Positions 1-10,178 are shown, counted from the first letter of the stretch. The stretch is DNA of 64,000 nucleotides from Candidatus Omnitrophota bacterium (GCA_041662125.1 JBAZTA010000001.1:259118-323117); one strand, 5' to 3'. Translations and numbers: made by a program. Notes: generated by a model from the letters alone, not told the origin.

Positions 1-147
1 TAGGGTCATCTTGGGGAACCAAAGAATCACTGCCAACTATCTTATGCTGCCTGTTTTTAAAAAACTCCAAGAATTTCTCACGCAAAACATCTGTTTTCAT
101 GAATACAAGGTTCTCCTTAGGAAACAATCACTGCTCCCACGATTAAT

Positions 148-630
148 TTAAAATCCGGCGCGATTGACTGCTTCGATGATTATATCAGGCGAGAAACCGC
201 GGCGCAACAGATAAGCATAAAGCCGCCTTTTTGCTTTTTGAGCGTCTTGCCCCTTAAACGAATGCAGCTTATTACTTATGACCTCGGCGACTATACCCTT
301 TTCGTCATAACCCTTTTTTATTTCTTCAAGCTGGCTGTCGATGATTTCTTTATCAATACCTTTACGTTTTAATTCTTCCCGCAGCCGGCGAAACCCCATC
401 GGCTTCTTTATACGGGAACCAATCCACTCTCTTGCAAAGACGCCATCATCAATAAACTTTTTATCCTTTAAGAACGATACTGTTTCTTGAATGACCGTCT
501 CAGGAAACTGCTTCTTTTTCAACCGCTGGCGGATTTCTTGTTCGCTGCGCTGCCTGAACTTAAGCAGGAGAAAAGCATATCTTTTTGCCTGCCGGACTAT
601 TTCAATGGTACCGGGATTATTCAGCAGCAT
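148..630 (-). CDS. recX: Regulatory protein RecX
   Basis: 160 aa ORF with RecX-like three-helical-repeat sequence. It lies downstream of recA in the same orientation and overlaps the htrA stop by 14 nt. Confidence 0.8.
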   Translation of the reverse strand: MLLNNPGTIEIVRQAKRYAFLLLKFRQRSEQEIRQRLKKKQFPETVIQETVSFLKDKKFIDDGVFAREWIGSRIKKPMGFRRLREELKRKGIDKEIIDSQLEEIKKGYDEKGIVAEVISNKLHSFKGQDAQKAKRRLYAYLLRRGFSPDIIIEAVNRAGF

Positions 631-2146
631 CTTTTAAAATAAAATATCCCCGGGACGTCCGGATAACAACAGTGCCTTTGAGATTACCGGTAACTCTTTG
701 ATAATCCTGCACATTGCGTACCGGCTGCTTATTGACCTCAAAAATCACATCACCCGCCACAATACCAGCCTGATCAGCAGGGCTTTGCGCATCTACAACT
801 TTGACCACAACGCCTTCCTGATCCTCTATCCTGAATTTCTGAGCATTCACCGGATTAATATTCTCAACACTCAAACCTCTCCACATCCGTGATGCCTGCA
901 TACGTGCCCCAGGCAAAGCAAGAGTTTCAACATCTTCAGGCCTTTCCCCGACCTCAACAGTAAGGGCGGTTTCTTTTTTATCACGGATAACAACGACTTT
1001 TGCCCGCCGCCCAACTTGACTTTTTCCTACACTATCCAGTAAATCGCGGGAATTATTTATCGGTTTTCCATCGAAAGACTTAATACAATCTCCTTCTTTT
1101 ATGCCTGCTTTATCCGCGGGCCCGTTCTTGAGAAGATTAGCAACGAGCACCCCATTTTTATCTGGCAACCCGAAATGACCGATAAGCTCATCATTTAATT
1201 CTTGAATATTGACACCCAACCAGCCGTAGACTATTTTTTTGCCTTCACTCAGGCTGGTAATAATCCTCTTGGCGTTATTTATCGGAACCGCAAACCCTAT
1301 GCCCTGATAACCGCCGCTGGTAGAAAATATTGCAACATTAATACCGATGACTTCGCCGTTAAAATCGACCAACGGGCCGCCGGAATTACCGGGATTTATC
1401 GCCGCGTCAGTTTGGATCAAATCGCTATAATCGCGCTCTCGGGAAATGCCCTTTCCTAAAGAACGATGCAGCGCGCTTATGACACCAACGGTAACCGTAG
1501 GTTCCGGATTATCCAACGCAAAACCAAAAGGATTTCCGATAGCTACCACCCACTGCCCGATTTTTACTTGTGAAGAATCACCTAATTTTGCTACAGGAAG
1601 CTTATGGGCGTTTATTTTAATGACTGCCAGGTCAGAACGAGGATCCTGCCCTTTGATTTCTCCTTGAAACTCCCTGCCATCCGGCAAGGTAACAGTAATT
1701 TTATCAGCGCCGCTGACAACATGCTCATTAGTCAGGATATATCCTTCCGGATCAATGATCACCCCTGAGCCAAGGCCCACCTGCCGGTATTCCTTATCAG
1801 GCATTTCACCGAAGAAATCCTCAAAAAACTTGCGAAACGGGTCATCATCTCCATAAGAATCTTGGCCATAAGGATGCCCGTAAAAAAACCTGCGCATACC
1901 CGGCGACTGAGAAACGCGCTCAGCGCTTATCGAAACAACCGCCTTACCCGCTGTTTCAGCGACATCGATAACCGCATTTTGAAAGTTGTCCTGAAACCTT
2001 CCAGGATCAGCGGCTCCTGCAGGTTTTAGCGTATTCTGGTTTTGCGCAAGGGCTGGATCACTGAATTTCACCAAAATCAAAAACCCGATAATGACACCGG
2101 ACAAAAGTATTCGTGCGCCTAAAAAAATCCTTTTAGCCTTCATCAT
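617..2146 (-). CDS. htrA: Periplasmic serine endoprotease DegP/HtrA (trypsin domain plus two PDZ domains)
   Basis: GNSGGPL catalytic serine motif, His and Asp blocks, N-terminal signal/TM and C-terminal PDZ-like repeats. The start is trimmed to the MMKAKRIF ATG, 5 nt after a GGAGG SD. The full ORF runs to 2158. Confidence 0.85.
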   Translation of the reverse strand: MMKAKRIFLGARILLSGVIIGFLILVKFSDPALAQNQNTLKPAGAADPGRFQDNFQNAVIDVAETAGKAVVSISAERVSQSPGMRRFFYGHPYGQDSYGDDDPFRKFFEDFFGEMPDKEYRQVGLGSGVIIDPEGYILTNEHVVSGADKITVTLPDGREFQGEIKGQDPRSDLAVIKINAHKLPVAKLGDSSQVKIGQWVVAIGNPFGFALDNPEPTVTVGVISALHRSLGKGISRERDYSDLIQTDAAINPGNSGGPLVDFNGEVIGINVAIFSTSGGYQGIGFAVPINNAKRIITSLSEGKKIVYGWLGVNIQELNDELIGHFGLPDKNGVLVANLLKNGPADKAGIKEGDCIKSFDGKPINNSRDLLDSVGKSQVGRRAKVVVIRDKKETALTVEVGERPEDVETLALPGARMQASRMWRGLSVENINPVNAQKFRIEDQEGVVVKVVDAQSPADQAGIVAGDVIFEVNKQPVRNVQDYQRVTGNLKGTVVIRTSRGYFILKDAAE

Positions 2147-2158
2147 AAGCACCTCCAA

Positions 2159-3220
2159 TTACCCAAGGGTAATCTTTTTCCTGATCTCTTTCTCTATATC
2201 TTCTTGCAGCTTCGGTTTTTCTTTTAAGGTTTTTATCGCAGCATCCCTGCCCTGTCCGATCTTCTCCTCTTTAAAGGAAAGCCAAGTCCCAGATTTTTGT
2301 ATCACTTCTAAATTAACGCCGGCGTCAATGATACTGCCTGATTTTGATATCCCTTCGTTATGGAGTATATCAAATTCCGCCTCTTTAAAAGGAGGAGCTA
2401 TTTTATTTTTGACAACCTTAACCCTGGCCCGGCTTCCGATAACATTATCTCCTGATTTCAAGGTCGCTATCTTACGGATATCCAGGCGCACGGAAGAATA
2501 AAATTTAAGGGCCCGGCCGCCGGGAGTGGTCTCAGGAGAACCAAACATGACACCGATTTTTTCGCGGATCTGATTAATAAAAATAACGCTCGTGCGCGAT
2601 TTACTGATTGCGCCGGTCAATTTTCTCAATGCCTGTGACATTAAACGCGCCTGCAGGCCCATATGAGAATCTCCCATTTCCCCTTCAATTTCTGCGCGTG
2701 GAGTAAGAGCGGCAACAGAATCAATAACCACTAAATCTACGGCATTTGAGCGAACTAATGTTTCAGTAATCTCTAATGCCTGTTCTCCGGTATCAGGCTG
2801 CGATATTAAAAGTTCATCCAGGTTAACTCCGATTATCTGGGCATAGGTAGAATCAAAAGCATGTTCTGCGTCGATAAATGCAGCAACGCCTTTCTTTTTC
2901 TGAATCTCACGTATGGTAGTCAACGTAAGGGTTGTTTTACCGGAAGCTTCCGGCCCGAATATTTCAATTACTCTTCCGCGCGGAACACCGCCAATACCTA
3001 AAGCGACATCTAAGGTCAAAGCACCCGTAGAAATCGCCTCCACATCAGATTTCACCTTACCGCCCAACTTCATAATAGAGCCTTTGCCAAATTGTTTCTC
3101 TATCTGGGAAAGCGCTAATTCCAATGCTTTTTGACGTTCCGAGGTATCTTTTACCTCTTTTTTGTCAGATACCACTTGATTTTGTTCTTCCTTTACTGTT
3201 ATTTTTTTCTCTGGGACCAT
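2159..3220 (-). CDS. recA: Recombinase RecA
   Basis: Walker [11 protein letters not shown], the highly conserved RecA core, and a GGAGG SD 6 nt upstream of the ATG. Confidence 0.95.
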   Translation of the reverse strand: MVPEKKITVKEEQNQVVSDKKEVKDTSERQKALELALSQIEKQFGKGSIMKLGGKVKSDVEAISTGALTLDVALGIGGVPRGRVIEIFGPEASGKTTLTLTTIREIQKKKGVAAFIDAEHAFDSTYAQIIGVNLDELLISQPDTGEQALEITETLVRSNAVDLVVIDSVAALTPRAEIEGEMGDSHMGLQARLMSQALRKLTGAISKSRTSVIFINQIREKIGVMFGSPETTPGGRALKFYSSVRLDIRKIATLKSGDNVIGSRARVKVVKNKIAPPFKEAEFDILHNEGISKSGSIIDAGVNLEVIQKSGTWLSFKEEKIGQGRDAAIKTLKEKPKLQEDIEKEIRKKITLG

Positions 3221-3339
3221 AATTCCTCCATTAAGGGTTAAAATGCAGATAATAATTATACCTTACCTATATCTGCCTGTCAAATAGTATAGTGAGGGCA
3301 TGGGAAATTTCAGCTACGGTTTCTAACTTACACCCGCGC

Positions 3340-3425
3340 TAATTGCACCCAGCCTAATTGGTGTGGCTGGGTACGCCGCTTTCTGCGGCGGTATTGCGCA
3401 GGTGTGCCGCTTTCTGCGGCAGGTC
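3340..3425. repeat. REP-like hairpin repeat (family A, GCGCnGGTGT...GCTTTCTGC), two modules
   Basis: cacccagcctaattggtgtggctgggt and attgcgcaggtgtgccgctttctgcgg. Near-identical units recur at 14812..14910 and 50366..50552, with fragments at 10288..10340 and 45618..45665. Confidence 0.7.
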
Positions 3426-3502
3426 ATGCCCTCACTACAATAGACGGCTGAGAAAGCCAAATCTAACAAAAATAATTAAGAAAACCGAACCTACCCTTTT
3501 AT

Positions 3503-3531
3503 TGACATAAAACACAAACTATGTTAAATTA
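3503..3531 (+). promoter_or_regulatory. Sigma70-like promoter (TTGACA, 16-17 nt spacer, TAAATT) abutting a leaderless ATG
   Basis: The consensus -35 TTGACA at 3503 is followed by a TAAATT -10. The ATG at 3538 has no SD, so a leaderless transcript is inferred. Confidence 0.5.
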
Positions 3532-3537
3532 TAAGCT

Positions 3538-4701
3538 ATGGAAGAACTCCCTAAAGTAAAAGAAGAGCTCGAACGCACCAAAAACGAACTCACCATCCTC
3601 TATGAGATCTCCAATGCCATGAGGACCACCCTTAAACTTGATGAGATCCTCTACATCATTGTTACCGGAGTTACCGCGCATATCGGATTAGGTTTCAACC
3701 GGGCGTTGCTTTTCCTCGTCAATGAAAAAGAAAACCTTATCGAAGGAAAAATGGCGATCGGGCCGGAAAGCGGCGAAGAAGCAAACAGTATCTGGAGGTA
3801 TATCGAAGAGGAAAAGATGGATTTAGATGACCTCATCAACGCCTATAAATCAAGCCACCCCGCTCCGGAAACCGGTTTTAACCGTGAAATGAAACAACTC
3901 AGGTTTTCTTTAAATGACCAGAAAGAACGCCTCTTGACCATGGCGGTCCTGGAAGGGATGCCTTTACATCTCACTAAAGAATCTATCCAAAACTATAAAC
4001 AGGACCCTATTATTCAATTATTGAACACAGATGAACTTGTGGTCGTGCCATTACGGGCAAAAGATAAAATAAACGGAATTATCCTTGCTGACAACTGTAT
4101 TACCAAAAAACCTATCACCAAAGATAACCTCAGAATGCTTATTATGCTCTCAAACCAGGCTGGCCTGGCGATTGAAAATTCCCAGCTTTATGAAAAAGCA
4201 GTCATCCGCGCGCACTCTGATTCCCTGACAGAACTTTGGAACCACGGGTACTTCCAGTATCTGCTGGGGGTCGAAGTAGAAAAAGCAAAAGCAACCTCAA
4301 GTGCTTTTAGCCTTATCATGGTCGATATCGATGATTTTAAGATTTATAATGACATGCTCGGGCATCAGGCAGGAGACCTGATCTTAAAAGAATTAGCCTC
4401 CCTGCTTAAGAATCAATCACGAAAAATGGACCATGTCTGCCGTTACGGCGGTGAAGAATTTACCATTATCCTGCCGCAGACAGATAAAAAAGAAGCCTTC
4501 TTTATTGCAGAACGCCTGCGTGAAAATATCGAAAAGTATCCTTTTACCCATCGTGAAAAGCTGCCTAAGAAAAACCTCACCGCCAGTATCGGCCTTGCAA
4601 CATTCCCTGAAAACGGCGAGTCCGCACCTGAAATCCTTGCCTATTCCGATAAAGCCCTCTACGAAGCCAAGAAAAAAGGCAAAAATAACACCTGCGGGTA
4701 G
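3538..4701 (+). CDS. GAF-domain diguanylate cyclase (GGDEF, GGEEF active site with RxxD I-site)
   Basis: N-terminal GAF-like region followed by the RYGGEEF motif, with RKMD five residues upstream. Confidence 0.85.
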   Translation: MEELPKVKEELERTKNELTILYEISNAMRTTLKLDEILYIIVTGVTAHIGLGFNRALLFLVNEKENLIEGKMAIGPESGEEANSIWRYIEEEKMDLDDLINAYKSSHPAPETGFNREMKQLRFSLNDQKERLLTMAVLEGMPLHLTKESIQNYKQDPIIQLLNTDELVVVPLRAKDKINGIILADNCITKKPITKDNLRMLIMLSNQAGLAIENSQLYEKAVIRAHSDSLTELWNHGYFQYLLGVEVEKAKATSSAFSLIMVDIDDFKIYNDMLGHQAGDLILKELASLLKNQSRKMDHVCRYGGEEFTIILPQTDKKEAFFIAERLRENIEKYPFTHREKLPKKNLTASIGLATFPENGESAPEILAYSDKALYEAKKKGKNNTCG

Positions 4702-4730
4702 ATCCTTTTATTAAAACATCAAGTCTGGAA

Positions 4731-4790
4731 ATAAAAAGACCGGGTCTTAACTTGTAACTTTTCATTACAGATAAAACCCGGTCTTAAAAT
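4731..4790. terminator. Bidirectional rho-independent terminator hairpin (aagaccgggtctt...acccggtctt)
   Basis: Convergent gene ends (GGDEF on +, smc on -). A 10 bp perfect stem is flanked by A- and T-runs. The same palindromic arm is reused at 10357..10408. Confidence 0.6.
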
Positions 4791-4796
4791 ATACTT

Positions 4797-7700
4797 TTAC
4801 GCCGCCACTGCCTCTTTATTCTCTTCCTTGACCGCCGCCGGCTTATCTGCCGCAAACTTTACCGAAACGATCTTTGAAATACCAGACTCAACCATCGTAA
4901 TGCCATACATAACATGAGCATTGGCAATCGTACGCTTATTATGAGTAATGACAATAAACTGCGAAGTATTGGTGAAATCCTGGAAAAGCCGGCTAAAGCG
5001 GTCGACATTGGCCTCATCAAGAGCGGCATCAATTTCGTCTAAGATACAAAACGGAGCCGGCTTTACTTTAAATATTGCGAAGATAAGCGCTATTGCCGAT
5101 AAGGATTTCTCACCGCCTGAAAGTAAGAGCACATTCTGCAGCTTCTTGCCCGGAGGACGGCAGATGATCTCAATACCGGATTCCAAAGGATCCTGCTCAT
5201 CGATCAAATACACTTTCGCGTCACCGCCGTTAAAGAGCAACCGGAAATAATTCCTGAATTCCTCTGCTACTTTCTCAAAGGTCTCCAGGAACATCTTTCG
5301 GGTCGTGCGGTTGATCTTGTGTATTGCATCCTGGATCGAACTCTTGGCAGTAGCAAGGTCATTCTGCTGTTGAGTTAGAAAATCGTAACGTTTCTTCAAT
5401 TCATCGTATTCCTCGATCGCTACCAGATTTACCGTACCATATGAATCTATTTTTGATTTTAATGAATCAATCTCCTGGCCAAGTACGATCTCATCGATCT
5501 GCTCATCAACCATCGCAGGCTCAAGATTCTTTGCTTCAGTCACCGGCTGCTGGTTTTCCGCAGACACTTGTTCTTGAAGCACACCTTCCTGGGGAACTAC
5601 TTGGGCCGTATCTAAATCGATCTTATAAACCTGCAGGAGCCGTTCCTTAATGCTCATGTATTTAAAATCAAAGTCCTTTTCCTCCATCTGCAGGGAGTAC
5701 AATGTATCCTTTAAGACATCAATCCTTTTACGCTGGTTTTCGATGGCTTCCGATAACTGGCGGACACTGCCGGAAATCTCCCCATACCGGGTTTCTTCTT
5801 CATCTAAAGAACTGCGGCGGGCAACACAGTCGCTTTGTTCCTGCGCGATTTTCTCCGTTAATGAGGCGCTTTCCAGCTCAAGTGAGCTTTTACGGCTCAG
5901 GTTATCCTGGATCTGTTTTTCCAGATTGAGGATGTTTTCTTTATTATGATTATACGCATCTTCCAGAAGCTTGAGCGTATTGTCTTCGGTGCCTAAACGC
6001 CTGGATAAAGCCTCCAGCTCTGTTTTTGTCTTAGTTATCACCACCACGATCTCTTCCTTGATTGCGACATTTGCGTTAACCTTTTCCTGATGGCTATGGA
6101 TCAAGGACTCCTGGTCTTTTTGTAGTTTATCCAATTCGGCGAAATGCGTTTCACAAGAAGCCGATTTTTCATCAAGGCTTAAAAGTTCATTCCGCACATC
6201 GGACAATTCCAAAGCAATGATCTCTTCTTCCTCTTTGACTTTATTGAATTGTTCTAATGCCGCCTGGTGAAACGTATTCTTGTTGCCCAGAGCTAATTCC
6301 TGCTCCTGGGCCTTTTCCTCAAATTCCTTGATAGAAGCGGCTAATTCCTGCGTATGTTTTTCTTTCGCTGACTTGTCATTACGCAGCTCTACCAGCCTCT
6401 CTTCAAGCTGTGCTATCTTTTCACTGACCCGCACAGCATCTAAATCAATAGGCTTAGCCTCGCCTGCCAGCTTAAACCGCGCATCCTGCTGTTGGCCGTC
6501 CTGAGCTCCATTGCAATAATCTTTAACTTTGATCACCAGCCCGGTGATTTTCTCAAGCGGCATCTGATCCAGGTAAATCTCTGCGTTGAGGGAGGTATCA
6601 ATACTCTCATATTGGGTTTTAAGCTTCTCAAGGAATTCCCTATGCGACTCAAGCGCTGATTTCTGGCGTTCCAGGTTTTCCAAGTCAGTATGCAACTGCG
6701 CCAAAGAAGCTTTTTCCTGAACCAATGCTTGGCTTAACTGCGCCTCTTGCAATGTCAAAACCTGTAATACCTCCTGGACCTGTTTTAATTCTATATCCAG
6801 GCTGTTTAAATTCCCTTCAATGACCGCACGCTCTTCAGACACCTTAGCTTTTTCAATATCAAGCCGTTTTGAACGGGCAAGCACGACTTGTTTTTTCGAA
6901 GTAACATCAATAATATCGTTCTTGGCGAGGCTTGCCTTCGCAGCCAAATCCATGATAGCAGCTTTTGCCTGAGCTATTGTTTCTAAAGCGGCCTGCGTGG
7001 AAACGAGCAGGTCATTAAATTGCGCCTCTTTCTCTCTGAGTAAAATTGTTTTCTCCTCATAATGAGTGCGGATGGTCAACTCTTCTTCTTTAAGTTTACT
7101 TAATTTCTCTTCATCCAGCAAAAGCCTGGCCCTGGTCTGCTCAACCTGGGTTTCCAGGTACGCCTTGGCCTTTTCCATCTCCTTTAACCGCTCCTGATTG
7201 AAGGTTATATGCTGTTCATCGTGTGACAGGCTGTTTTCTAACGATAAAACCTGATTTCTAATTGCCGCGATCTTATTCTCTAGATCCCGCGCCTCCTGAT
7301 TACGCGCTTCAATCGCGCCTTCTGATTCCTGGATCGCATGATGCAAAGCCTCTTCTTCGTTCTTAAAAGCCGTAAGCTGGGACAACAGTTCATCGCGCTC
7401 TTTATTGAGCTTCTTTTTCTGGCAAAGTGCTCGTTTTATTTCTTTAGCCTTTAATATTTCAAACGCTTCTTTATACTTGCGCGCCTTATTTGCCTGGCGC
7501 TCAAGGTATCCGATGGAACGCTTTACTTCGGAAATAATATCGTTGACGCGAAGCAGGTTCTGTTCAGTCTCTTCAAGCCTGCGCAACGCCTCTTTCTTTT
7601 GCACCTTGTAACGGGTAATACCGGCCGCCTCATCAAAAACCATCCGGCGGTCTTCCGGGCGGGAACTTAATACCAGGTCAATCTTTCCCTGCGCGATCAA

Positions 7701-8117
7701 TGAATAACTTTCAGCTCCGATTCCTGTGCCCATCAAGAGGTCTAAAATATCTTTCAGGCGCGCAGTCGATTTATTTAAAAGGTATTCGCTCTCACCCGAC
7801 CTGAAGATCCTGCGGGTAATAACAACTTCTCTATGCTCTACCGGAAAAAATTTATTCTCATTATCAAACGTCAGGCTTACTTCAGCCATGCCCAGCGGCG
7901 GCTTGGAATCTGTCCCATTGAAAATAACGTCTTCCATCTGCGAGCCGCGCAGCGACTTAACCGACTGCTCGCCTAATACCCAGCGGATAGAATCAAAAAT
8001 ATTAGACTTTCCGCATCCATTAGGGCCGACAATAGCAGTTACCCCCGGCTCGAAATTGAGCGTGGTTTTTTCCATGAATGACTTAAACCCGACAAGTTCT
8101 AATTTTTTAAAATACAT
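4797..8117 (-). CDS. smc: Chromosome partition protein SMC
   Basis: N-terminal Walker A GPNGCGKSN, long coiled coils, a hinge, and a C-terminal LSGGEK signature with Walker B. Confidence 0.9.
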   Translation of the reverse strand: MYFKKLELVGFKSFMEKTTLNFEPGVTAIVGPNGCGKSNIFDSIRWVLGEQSVKSLRGSQMEDVIFNGTDSKPPLGMAEVSLTFDNENKFFPVEHREVVITRRIFRSGESEYLLNKSTARLKDILDLLMGTGIGAESYSLIAQGKIDLVLSSRPEDRRMVFDEAAGITRYKVQKKEALRRLEETEQNLLRVNDIISEVKRSIGYLERQANKARKYKEAFEILKAKEIKRALCQKKKLNKERDELLSQLTAFKNEEEALHHAIQESEGAIEARNQEARDLENKIAAIRNQVLSLENSLSHDEQHITFNQERLKEMEKAKAYLETQVEQTRARLLLDEEKLSKLKEEELTIRTHYEEKTILLREKEAQFNDLLVSTQAALETIAQAKAAIMDLAAKASLAKNDIIDVTSKKQVVLARSKRLDIEKAKVSEERAVIEGNLNSLDIELKQVQEVLQVLTLQEAQLSQALVQEKASLAQLHTDLENLERQKSALESHREFLEKLKTQYESIDTSLNAEIYLDQMPLEKITGLVIKVKDYCNGAQDGQQQDARFKLAGEAKPIDLDAVRVSEKIAQLEERLVELRNDKSAKEKHTQELAASIKEFEEKAQEQELALGNKNTFHQAALEQFNKVKEEEEIIALELSDVRNELLSLDEKSASCETHFAELDKLQKDQESLIHSHQEKVNANVAIKEEIVVVITKTKTELEALSRRLGTEDNTLKLLEDAYNHNKENILNLEKQIQDNLSRKSSLELESASLTEKIAQEQSDCVARRSSLDEEETRYGEISGSVRQLSEAIENQRKRIDVLKDTLYSLQMEEKDFDFKYMSIKERLLQVYKIDLDTAQVVPQEGVLQEQVSAENQQPVTEAKNLEPAMVDEQIDEIVLGQEIDSLKSKIDSYGTVNLVAIEEYDELKKRYDFLTQQQNDLATAKSSIQDAIHKINRTTRKMFLETFEKVAEEFRNYFRLLFNGGDAKVYLIDEQDPLESGIEIICRPPGKKLQNVLLLSGGEKSLSAIALIFAIFKVKPAPFCILDEIDAALDEANVDRFSRLFQDFTNTSQFIVITHNKRTIANAHVMYGITMVESGISKIVSVKFAADKPAAVKEENKEAVAA

Positions 8118-8207
8118 TGTCCTGCTCCTTTTGTATCCAGTATATAGTATATCGATATGAAAATTTTGTAAAGGTTATTTTCGACAATTCTTTCAACCTG
8201 CTTCAAT

Positions 8208-9557
8208 TTAAATTTTGGTTATCGTAAAATAATAAATATCGTTAAACGCGTCGCTCTCAACGCTCAAAGAAAACTTTTTGATCCCTGAATCATAAAACAA
8301 ATGCACCACCTCATCTTTACTGCGTTCCACAAACTTCCAATTACAGAACCAATCCGGAGACAGCAGAGAAAACGTTTTTTCTTTATTCTTATGGGTCAGG
8401 ATCAATTTCCCTTTTTCTTTCAGGCAGCCATAAAAATACTCAACGAACATTTTTAACGCCTTATCAGGAAGATAATCAATATACCCCAGGCTGTAAGCAA
8501 TATCCTGTTGTTCAAACAGGGGCAGCCCACCATCCTTGATAAGCCGTTTAATATCTTGATGAATAAAATTAAACTTCACGGACAAGGGGATATCCTTGAG
8601 AGCCTGTTTTGAAAATTCCAATGCCGCGGGATCCGCGTCCAAACAGCTCAAAAAAACATTTTTCCCGGTATATATTTCCCCTGGCAGTTCCCTGATCTCC
8701 CTGCAGGAACCACAAACAATATTTAATATTTTGATGCCGGGGGTCGGCGGCGCGTTATGAATCTGGTTTCCAATAAGTTCCCGCAGCTTATCTTTACGGT
8801 AGCGCACGGCAACCGCATAGGGGCTGTTCAAAAAATATTTATCGAAACACAAAGCAATACCGCCAGAGGCAAGCGGTTTATTATCGTATATAGTTTCCAG
8901 CATTTCAAAATCTCCGGGATACTCCCGCGGCTGTTCAAAAGCTTTTTTGAGTATCGGGCTTTTATACGCCCAGGTCCCGACTAAGAACCTAAAGAAATCC
9001 TTATTCTTTCCGGTAACACTTTCATTCTCAATGATCTCTTCCAAACAATACCCTTTAAGCAGGACCTGATTATTCAAATGGGTAAATGACGCTTCTATTT
9101 CAGGAGAATACGCCTCTTGCTTTGCCAGTTGCGCAATGAGCCTGCCGATTTCATTGGTGTATTCCAGCATATCCTTTAAAAAGAAACGCGTTATATCTTC
9201 TTTGGTTTTCTCATCGCTTACTTCATCAAGCAGGCTGCTGATCTGGGCCTTGATCAATGCTTTTCTAAGAGCTGCTTTTTGCGTTTCCTCCAGAGCAATG
9301 AACTCGACACCGTACGCGGAACCTCCGGAAAGGATATCGCGCTGCCAGACCAGGCGCGCGTCGCTTTTAAGTTCAAATTCCTTGCCGGGGAATTGGACAC
9401 GCAACGTGATCCGGGGGCTGGAAATAGTTTCCGTCGCATTAAAACTTAAACCCCCTTCGCTTATATTTGTTGCATCCGAAACCTGATCGGCGACACTCAA
9501 TTTCAAAGCTGTTTTAACACGGGGATGCGACCTTTTCTCATCCATACTCTTATTCAC
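8208..9557 (-). CDS. PilZ-domain protein fused to a class I SAM-dependent methyltransferase-like domain
   Basis: N-terminal PilZ motifs (RxxxR, then DATNISEGG). C-terminal MTase motif I ILNIVCGSC, post-I CLDAD and motif II-like QDIAYSLGYIDYL. GTG start after a GGAGGG SD. Confidence 0.6.
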   Translation of the reverse strand: MNKSMDEKRSHPRVKTALKLSVADQVSDATNISEGGLSFNATETISSPRITLRVQFPGKEFELKSDARLVWQRDILSGGSAYGVEFIALEETQKAALRKALIKAQISSLLDEVSDEKTKEDITRFFLKDMLEYTNEIGRLIAQLAKQEAYSPEIEASFTHLNNQVLLKGYCLEEIIENESVTGKNKDFFRFLVGTWAYKSPILKKAFEQPREYPGDFEMLETIYDNKPLASGGIALCFDKYFLNSPYAVAVRYRKDKLRELIGNQIHNAPPTPGIKILNIVCGSCREIRELPGEIYTGKNVFLSCLDADPAALEFSKQALKDIPLSVKFNFIHQDIKRLIKDGGLPLFEQQDIAYSLGYIDYLPDKALKMFVEYFYGCLKEKGKLILTHKNKEKTFSLLSPDWFCNWKFVERSKDEVVHLFYDSGIKKFSLSVESDAFNDIYYFTITKI

Positions 9558-9572
9558 CAGCCACCCTCCTCT

Positions 9573-9947
9573 TTAATCAAGGATCTTATGAACAATATCG
9601 AGGAATTTACGGTTATCAAACGGTTTATACATATACTCTTTCACCTTCAATTTCATGGCAGCTTCATATTTATCAATATCCGCGTACCCGGTGATCATGA
9701 TCTCAGGGACAGCCGGCTTACCCGCATGCTTACGGTATTCGCGGATCTTTTTTATCATTTCAACGCCATCCATACCCGGCATCCTGACATCAGTAATGAT
9801 CAGGTCAAAATCATCTTTTTTGATCACATCCAGCGCGTCTTCCCCGCTTTCAGCGACTTCCGCGATAAACCCTTGTTTTTGCAGTAATTTAACCAGCGTC
9901 TTTGAAACTAACGGCTCATCATCAACGATCAGGATATGTTTTGCCAT
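9573..9947 (-). CDS. Single-domain response regulator (CheY-like REC)
   Basis: ILIVDDEP and DLIITDVRMPGMDG phospho-acceptor motifs with a conserved K. No output domain. Confidence 0.85.
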   Translation of the reverse strand: MAKHILIVDDEPLVSKTLVKLLQKQGFIAEVAESGEDALDVIKKDDFDLIITDVRMPGMDGVEMIKKIREYRKHAGKPAVPEIMITGYADIDKYEAAMKLKVKEYMYKPFDNRKFLDIVHKILD

Positions 9948-9949
9948 AA

Positions 9950-10171
9950 TTAAACCACTCCTTTTTCCTGATATTTAGAGCTCATCTTCTGCTCCATCCA
10001 GGCATCAATTTTATCTTTCTGAAAACGCCACTGGCCCACCAATTTAAGCGCGGGGATCTTGTCATGTTTGAGCCAGTCATAAATCGTCCTGCGGCTGATT
10101 TTAAGATATTTCTTTAGATCATCGATCGTCATTAAAGACTCAATAGTATTCATCACATTTACCTCACTCAT
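9950..10171 (-). CDS. Excisionase/MerR-like HTH DNA-binding protein (helix_turn_helix_17-like)
   Basis: The MTIDDLKKYLKISRRTIYDWLKHDKIPALKLVGQWRF core. The ORF's N-terminal extension to 10285 lies inside the promoter, so the real start is taken as ATG 10171 (leaderless, at the TSS) or ATG 10153 (GAGGT SD). Confidence 0.6.
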   Translation of the reverse strand: MSEVNVMNTIESLMTIDDLKKYLKISRRTIYDWLKHDKIPALKLVGQWRFQKDKIDAWMEQKMSSKYQEKGVV

Positions 10172-10178
10172 GAACTTA

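Noticed and set aside
698-2501. Plus-strand ORFs (698..892, 1202..1459, 1446..1667, 2091..2501) overlapping htrA and recA
   Set aside because: They lie antisense within well-supported conserved genes, have no motifs and no RBS, and are a typical antisense-frame artefact.
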